A DNA stretch of 64,000 nucleotides from an uncultured Spirochaetota bacterium (GTDB lineage Bacteria; Spirochaetota; Brevinematia; Brevinematales; JAOACQ01): assembly GCA_963835575.1 (NCBI GenBank), contig CAWIGG010000002.1:1856001-1920000 (forward strand), read 5' to 3'. A program made the translations under genes and the position numbers. The notes beneath the pieces were generated by a model. It searched no databases. It was not told the origin of the DNA and saw only the letters and a list, made by a program, of their open reading frames with translations. Each line of letters begins with the position of its first letter. The first letter of the stretch is position 1. Shown piece after piece: positions 58,117 through 64,000 of this stretch.

Positions 58117-60121
58117 AAAAATAATTTTACCCGAAGAAAGAGACGACCTGATTAATTACATCAGAGAAATAAATGGGACCCACGATCCTTCTCCGGATTA
58201 TATGGATCATGTCATGGCCGGAGTTAAAGCTGTAATTAATGAAAAAAAGAAAGCGCCCTGGTTCAATATCCCGCTTAATAGATTAAAACCGGCCGCAGGG
58301 ATAGGATTTGCCGCTCTCGCGGCCCTGACTGTTCTCATCATCATCGGATTCTCCGGCATAATTGATATAAAAGGAAAAACCCATGAAATAAGGATTACCC
58401 GCTTCAGTAAAGGGCTTGATATAGAAAGGAACAGCCTGAGGATTAATTATGAGAATAATCCGGTGATTAATCCGGGCGATACAATCATTAATGAAAGCGG
58501 TATACCTGCGGTTTTTGCCGCTGAAAACAGCTTCAGGGCATTATTAAGCCCGGACGGAAGGGCTGAATTATTTTCCGCCGCCAGAAAAGATAAATTGGAA
58601 ACTTTAATCCGGCTGGAAAAAGGCACCCTGGACCTGCATGTAAAAAAATTAGGACCGGACGAGAGTTTTAAAATCATTTGCGCTGATAAGACCGTATCCG
58701 TCATTGGAACGGTATTTCGCGTAAGTCTGACAAATAATGGTTTGCTGATAGCGGCCGAGGAAGGAGAGGTCAGCGTACTCCGGAACATGAATGACCTGAA
58801 TCCCCTTCATATCGCCGGAGGCAGGCAGGTTTTTATTCCAGACCGGGGCGGTTCAAAATTATTGCCGATCTCGAAAAATAATTCATCGGCATTGTCCTCA
58901 TTCTCCAGGGAAGGGTTATCCCGTCTATCCAGCAAAACGGCCCTTCTTGTGATAAAGACAACCGGCTCTTCCGGGACAGTATTTATTAACGGCGATAAAC
59001 TCTGCCGTACTCCCGCCGGAATGGAAATCCATGAAAAAAAGATTTTTGATCTGGAGATTGCCGGCGACAACGGCCTGGTGACGCGGTTCCTGGGAACAAA
59101 TCTGCAAAGCGATTCATCTCTTTCCATTGATTTAAATCATAATAACAACCCCCTTTCATCAGTTCTAACTGATAATGGGCAGTCAGCGCCGAAAATGGAA
59201 CTGGCCGGAGAACTCCTTACGGTGATAAAGGGAAAAACCGGATTCATATACAATCTCAATTCAAAAAACATAAACAGGCTGAGCACTGCGGAAGGCGAAT
59301 GGAAACTTCCGCCTGTGGTTAACAACGGCCGTATAGTACTGCTTAACTCCGGCGGGTCCGCCGAATGTTATAATACAACCGGGCAAAAACTATGGGAACT
59401 CTCTGTTCCCGGGACTCTCTGGTATAACGCTTTATGCGCCTGCAATGATACTTATGCATCTATCGCGACTGTTGACAGAGGCATCACTATTTTTGATTAC
59501 TCCGGCAGACTGATCCGTCATATTGAAACCGCTAAAGCCGGGCCGGGATACTCGTCCCCGATCCTGGATCAAAATAATATTTTATATTATATCAATGAAT
59601 CCGGCAGATTGACCTCCTATTCCGTTCGGGACGGCAGGGAAATCTGGCAGGCCCCTCTGCCGTCAATTTCCGCCCACCCTCTGTTTGAAACAGACCTGTC
59701 CATAATTATTTTCTTCAGGGAAAAAGGCAGTTTTACCGCTTTCTCAAAATCGGACGGGCGGCTGCTGTGGACATATAACATACCGGAAATAATACGGCAG
59801 GAAGTTCGCTTAACAGCGAATGACGGCATTTTGACAGTCTATTATAATATCAATAGAACCGGGAAGTTATGGTCGATCGATTTGATAAGCGGCAGGTTAA
59901 CAGGAAAACTTCAAACTGCGGCTGAAATTGATTCGGTTTTACAGAAACGGGATACGATATGGGTAGCGACATCGGACCTGCTTTTAATTTCTTACGATCC
60001 GCTATCTTATAATATTAAAAGACGCATTCATCTGGAAAGAAAAGCATTTGATCTCAAAATGCGGGAAAAGAGCCTGATAGTTTTATACCCTCAGGGCATT
60101 GAGGAAATTACGCTCAATTAA
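58106..60121 (+). CDS. FecR-domain anti-sigma factor with PEGA-like and beta-propeller domains
   Basis: Single TM, L.KG.L...V.K, VSVIGTVF.V, EG.V.V; G.V.ING....TP; propeller 'G..LW' repeats. Confidence 0.8.
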   Translation: MMSKKIILPEERDDLINYIREINGTHDPSPDYMDHVMAGVKAVINEKKKAPWFNIPLNRLKPAAGIGFAALAALTVLIIIGFSGIIDIKGKTHEIRITRFSKGLDIERNSLRINYENNPVINPGDTIINESGIPAVFAAENSFRALLSPDGRAELFSAARKDKLETLIRLEKGTLDLHVKKLGPDESFKIICADKTVSVIGTVFRVSLTNNGLLIAAEEGEVSVLRNMNDLNPLHIAGGRQVFIPDRGGSKLLPISKNNSSALSSFSREGLSRLSSKTALLVIKTTGSSGTVFINGDKLCRTPAGMEIHEKKIFDLEIAGDNGLVTRFLGTNLQSDSSLSIDLNHNNNPLSSVLTDNGQSAPKMELAGELLTVIKGKTGFIYNLNSKNINRLSTAEGEWKLPPVVNNGRIVLLNSGGSAECYNTTGQKLWELSVPGTLWYNALCACNDTYASIATVDRGITIFDYSGRLIRHIETAKAGPGYSSPILDQNNILYYINESGRLTSYSVRDGREIWQAPLPSISAHPLFETDLSIIIFFREKGSFTAFSKSDGRLLWTYNIPEIIRQEVRLTANDGILTVYYNINRTGKLWSIDLISGRLTGKLQTAAEIDSVLQKRDTIWVATSDLLLISYDPLSYNIKRRIHLERKAFDLKMREKSLIVLYPQGIEEITLN

Positions 60122-60135
60122 TCGCGATTCCAGTT

Positions 60136-60327
60136 TTAAAATCCCAGTATCCTGTTGCAGTAATTAACAACTCTTTCTTCCTTGATAAAGCCGAGCTTGA
60201 TTAAAGATTCCTGAAAAGACAGTCTGCTTGCCTTTTGATAGGCCAGGGCTTTCCTGTATTCTTCTTCCGTTATTAAACCTTTCTTGACATAAATATCCAT
60301 ATGCCGCTCCTTTTTTAAATTTTTCAT
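60136..60327 (-). CDS. small stand-alone MshEN-like protein
   Basis: V.KGLITEEE...AL..Q and LI.LGFI.EE resemble the two MshEN repeats. Confidence 0.6.
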   Translation of the reverse strand: MKNLKKERHMDIYVKKGLITEEEYRKALAYQKASRLSFQESLIKLGFIKEERVVNYCNRILGF

Positions 60328-60707
60328 TCTCTAAACAGATTATCGGATAAATTTGAAAGGGCTCAATTGAATGAATTAAAATCTATATAGCATAGGAACG
60401 GGTAATCCGCTAATGCACGTGAATTTAAAAAAATATGTAATGATTAAAAGGAAGGCGGAAAGACGGGAAGAGTAAAAAATGAGTATAATTAAAGTCTGCA
60501 ACCTGTATAAAAAAAACATTTCGTTATTTATATAACCTGAAAAAGGATAAAACAAGTTAATGTATTAGTGCCAATAAACAATATGATCTTACCGTCTTCT
60601 TGTCTTTCTGTTAAATTAAATATTGTGATAATTCAAGGATTTATTAGCGTACCTTCGCGTGGCTTAGCGGAAGACAAATTCGTTAATGCTTGCTAATAAA
60701 AGTAAAA

Positions 60708-62156
60708 TTACCGTCGGACTAATTTGATAAAAAACCTCATCAGTTTGCCGAATTTTCTGTAGGGCGGATACCGGAGCGCTATTTCCACCAGAAAGTTCTT
60801 TCTGAAAACGCTTTTCATATGCGAAAAGGCCTCGAAACTCATCCTTCCATGATATTTTCCCATGCCGCTTTCGCCGACGCCGCCGAAGGGAAGAGAAGTG
60901 GAAGCGAAATGGACCAGGGTATCGTTTATACAGAGCCCTCCGGAAGAAGTTTCACTGAGGACCCGCCTCTGGATTTTTTTATCCCTGGTAAACAGGTACA
61001 TGGCAAGGGGCTTCTGCATGCTGTTGATCATATCAACGGCTTCTTCTATTTTATTATACTGGAGGACCGGAAGGACGGGACCGAAAATTTCTTCTCTCAT
61101 AACAGCGCCCTTTATTTTAACATTATCCAGAAGCGTCGGGGATATTCTCAGGCTGGATGGATCCCTCTTTCCGCCCGCGGCTATATCTCCTTCCCTTAAA
61201 TACCTGCAGAGCCTTTCATATTCCTGCCTGTTGATAATTTTAGCCAGGTCCGGGGAATTAAGAGGATCATTCCCGTAAAATTTCATCAGGGCTTTTTTCA
61301 TCTCAGCCGTCAGTTTGTTTTTGATCTTTCTATTCACCAGAATATAGTCCGGCGCGATGCAGGTCTGCCCGTCATTAAAAAATTTGCCCCAGATAATGCT
61401 CCTCGCGGTTTTGGCGATATCTATATCCGCATCCGCTATGCATGGGCTTTTTCCGCCGAGCTCAAGCACGACAGGCGTCAGATGTTTTGCCGCCGCTTCC
61501 ATTATTATTCTTCCTACCGGAGCACTTCCGGTATAGAAGATAAAATCGAATTTCTGCAGAAGAAGCTTTTGAGAACGGGCGCCGCTGATCTGAATGACAT
61601 CCAGATAGGCCGGATCAAAATTTTCCGCGATCAGATCCGCCATCAGCTGTGAAGTATGTATTGTGACGCTTGAGGGTTTTATCAGAACGCAGTTGCCGGC
61701 AGCCATTGCGCCGATGACAGGCGCCATTGTCAGCTGAAAGGGGTAATTCCAGGGGCCGATTATGAGCGAGAGCCCGTACGGTTCCGGGATGATAAAACTC
61801 CTGCCGGGAAAATGAAGAAGAGGCGTATGCACGCCGCGGGGCTTCATCCATTTATGGAGACGGCCGGCCGCATAGTCTATCTCGTCTATGACCAGGGATG
61901 TTTCGCTGAAAAAAGATTCTATCTCGGGTTTCTGGAAATCTTTTTTAATGGCCTGATATATCTTGTCTTCACTTTTTTCTATGACTTTCTTCAGAATTCT
62001 TAATTGTTCCAGGCGGAATGAAAGAGGCCGGGTTTTTCCCGACCGGAAGAAAGAGCGCTGGTTTTCAAGGGATTTGATCATATTTTTATTATCCATACAG
62101 CCCCCAAACATAATAATAACTAATAGTATCATATTTCTAAATTTGTTTTTTGACAA
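60708..62156 (-). CDS. aldehyde dehydrogenase (ALDH3-like)
   Basis: IGPWNYP, YTGS, LELGGKSP, GQTCIAPD, EEIFGP, PFGGVGESGMG; true start may be downstream. Confidence 0.94.
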   Translation of the reverse strand: MSKNKFRNMILLVIIMFGGCMDNKNMIKSLENQRSFFRSGKTRPLSFRLEQLRILKKVIEKSEDKIYQAIKKDFQKPEIESFFSETSLVIDEIDYAAGRLHKWMKPRGVHTPLLHFPGRSFIIPEPYGLSLIIGPWNYPFQLTMAPVIGAMAAGNCVLIKPSSVTIHTSQLMADLIAENFDPAYLDVIQISGARSQKLLLQKFDFIFYTGSAPVGRIIMEAAAKHLTPVVLELGGKSPCIADADIDIAKTARSIIWGKFFNDGQTCIAPDYILVNRKIKNKLTAEMKKALMKFYGNDPLNSPDLAKIINRQEYERLCRYLREGDIAAGGKRDPSSLRISPTLLDNVKIKGAVMREEIFGPVLPVLQYNKIEEAVDMINSMQKPLAMYLFTRDKKIQRRVLSETSSGGLCINDTLVHFASTSLPFGGVGESGMGKYHGRMSFEAFSHMKSVFRKNFLVEIALRYPPYRKFGKLMRFFIKLVRR

Positions 62157-62185
62157 TATTAAAAATATTATATTTTATTAAACAC

Positions 62186-62216
62186 TTGACCTGTCTACAA
62201 CTTTATAGTTTAAACT
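62186..62216 (+). promoter_or_regulatory. MerR-type promoter (19-bp spacer)
   Basis: TTGACC-N19-TAAACT; a MerR gene lies two genes downstream. Confidence 0.6.
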
Positions 62217-62250
62217 TATTGAAGCAATAAAATATTTTAAGGAGTTTGAT

Positions 62251-62751
62251 ATGTTAAATTTTAAATCAAAAAGAATCGTCAGAAGTGGGACCTGCAGGTT
62301 CAACGCAAGCCCGGAATGCATCATCCCGCTGTTATGCCCGGTCAGGGAAAAAGAATGGGTCGGCGGCTGGGATTACCGGATGATTTATTCAGATTCAGGT
62401 TTGAATGAAAAGGGATGCACATTCAAAAACCGTTTTTTCGGCGGAGAAGCCCTCTGGACGGTTGTATCGTATTCTAAAGAAAATTACGAGTTTGAGGCTG
62501 TGATTTTCGTTAAAAACAGGCTGGTCGTGAATTTTTACATCAAGTTAAATAAAAATGACGGCGGCACTACAGACGCCCGGATAACTCAGACATTTACAGC
62601 CCTATCCGGAAAAGGAAATAAATTCATTGGCAATAACACCGAGGAAAAATACGCGAAAACCATGGCTGGTATTGAAAAATCGATGAATTATTTCCTGGAG
62701 CATGGCAGAATGATCGGCGGTTTATCGCTTCATCTGCAGATGAAAAACTGA
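62251..62751 (+). CDS. SRPBCC-like hypothetical protein
   Basis: PLLCPVREKEW..GW...IYS.SG..E.G..F. Confidence 0.7.
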   Translation: MLNFKSKRIVRSGTCRFNASPECIIPLLCPVREKEWVGGWDYRMIYSDSGLNEKGCTFKNRFFGGEALWTVVSYSKENYEFEAVIFVKNRLVVNFYIKLNKNDGGTTDARITQTFTALSGKGNKFIGNNTEEKYAKTMAGIEKSMNYFLEHGRMIGGLSLHLQMKN

Positions 62752-62784
62752 AATAACCGATATTCTTTAAACAGGAGAAATGTT

Positions 62785-63552
62785 ATGGATAATATAGTAC
62801 GGAATAAGAAGAAGATTAACGGGATACCCGTCCTGGAATATTTTCCTGCTGCCAAAAAAGGAACTAAACTTCCCTTGGTTTTTATACTGCATGGCTTTAC
62901 CGGCCGTAAAGAGAATTGTATAACCGATCTTGAAGAATATGCCCGAGGCGGCTATTATGCCGTCGCGCCGGACCACCGGGAACATGGCAAACGGAGGACC
63001 CTGCGTTTTTTCACAAAGGTCCTGAAGGGGATTAAGATCAACATGGCTGAGCTTATGAAGCTCGTAAAGGAAAGCGCGGACGATTATATTTCTCTCATTG
63101 ATCATTATGAAAAGCATGACTGTATCGATCCGGGAAGGATCGGCGTCGCGGGCGTCTCCATGGGCGGCTGCATCACTTACAGGATGATGGTCATCGACAG
63201 CCGCATCAAAACGGCCGCCCCTATGATCTCAACGCCGCACTGGGGCGATCTTCCGGAAGACAGGAAGGTTTCAAATGATCCTATTGTCATGAAAAGCCTC
63301 GATAGCTTTGCCCGGCTTTACAGCCCCGATCTTTACCCTGACAAATTTTATCCCAGGCCCCTCCTCATGCAGATCGGCGAAAACGACCGGCACTTTGCCG
63401 CTGTAAAGGTCAAAAAGTTTTACGAAAAGCTCAAACCATTTTACAATCAAGAGCCGGATAAACTCGAATATGTTCTCTACAAAAACACCGGCCATGAAAT
63501 AACCCCGGCTATGCTTTCAAAAACCGCCGGCTGGTTTAAAAAATGGCTTTGA
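62785..63552 (+). CDS. alpha/beta hydrolase (esterase, YjfP-like)
   Basis: LHGFTG, HG.R, GVSMGG nucleophile, D and GH triad residues. Confidence 0.88.
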   Translation: MDNIVRNKKKINGIPVLEYFPAAKKGTKLPLVFILHGFTGRKENCITDLEEYARGGYYAVAPDHREHGKRRTLRFFTKVLKGIKINMAELMKLVKESADDYISLIDHYEKHDCIDPGRIGVAGVSMGGCITYRMMVIDSRIKTAAPMISTPHWGDLPEDRKVSNDPIVMKSLDSFARLYSPDLYPDKFYPRPLLMQIGENDRHFAAVKVKKFYEKLKPFYNQEPDKLEYVLYKNTGHEITPAMLSKTAGWFKKWL

Positions 63553-63562
63553 GAGGAAACGC

Positions 63563-64000
63563 ATGCCCTGTTCCATCGGAATGATCGCAAAAAAAGCGGG
63601 GATTTCCCGGACTACGCTTCTCTATTACGATTCCATCGGGCTTTTCTGCCCTTCGGGAAGAAGTGCCGCCGGCTACCGGCTTTATGACGACGCCGATTGG
63701 GACAGACTCCTCAAGATACGGGCATACAGGGAAACCGGAATACCGCTCGATGAAATAAAGCGCCTCCTCGACAGCGATGAGAACGGCAAAGAAATAGTCA
63801 TTGCATCAGCTTTGCTGAAGAGGCTGGGTGAATTGAACAGCGAGGTCGCCGCCTGCCGCGCACAGCAGAAAATTATCCTTCAAATCCTGAAGAGGCAGGA
63901 TATTGTTAAAGATATCAAGAAAGCCGACGCTTCCGTCTGGAGACGCCTGCTTAAGGAATCCGGCATTCAGGAAAAAACAGCCCTGAAATGGCATGCCGAT
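63563..64000 (+). CDS. MerR-family transcriptional regulator (partial)
   Basis: Hand translation MPCSIGMIAKKAGISRTTLLYYDSIGLFCPSGRSAAGYRLY...; runs off window. Confidence 0.92.
   Translation, partial: MPCSIGMIAKKAGISRTTLLYYDSIGLFCPSGRSAAGYRLYDDADWDRLLKIRAYRETGIPLDEIKRLLDSDENGKEIVIASALLKRLGELNSEVAACRAQQKIILQILKRQDIVKDIKKADASVWRRLLKESGIQEKTALKWHAD

Overview
Bacterial chromosomal window with AT-rich intergenic DNA. Lipoproteins, OmpA, ExbBD, PilZ, FecR/ECF and a BatB-TPR fusion suggest a diderm anaerobe, possibly a spirochaete; this is inference only. It contains three insertion sequences. The first is a partial IS110 at the left edge, whose ~340 bp structured non-coding end looks like a bridge-RNA locus and which abuts a REP-like sequence. 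The second is an intact IS1380 (16 bp TIR, 5 bp TSD). The third is a single-ORF IS66 (14 bp TIR, 8 bp TSD) inside a decayed LuxR gene. Most of the rest is accessory metabolic, redox and regulatory genes: PadR, PaaX, ArsR, WYL/YafY, MerR and ECF modules, with visible operators or promoters for several, plus one leader-peptide attenuator. Housekeeping genes are hisD, pyrF, a ychF-like gene and trxA. There are also secreted or surface proteins (C1 protease-CBM3, M30 peptidase, GH26, CBM11), several pseudogenes, and many REP-like palindromes from several families. No rRNA, tRNA or CRISPR array was seen. All product calls come from motif recognition by eye, without database searches.
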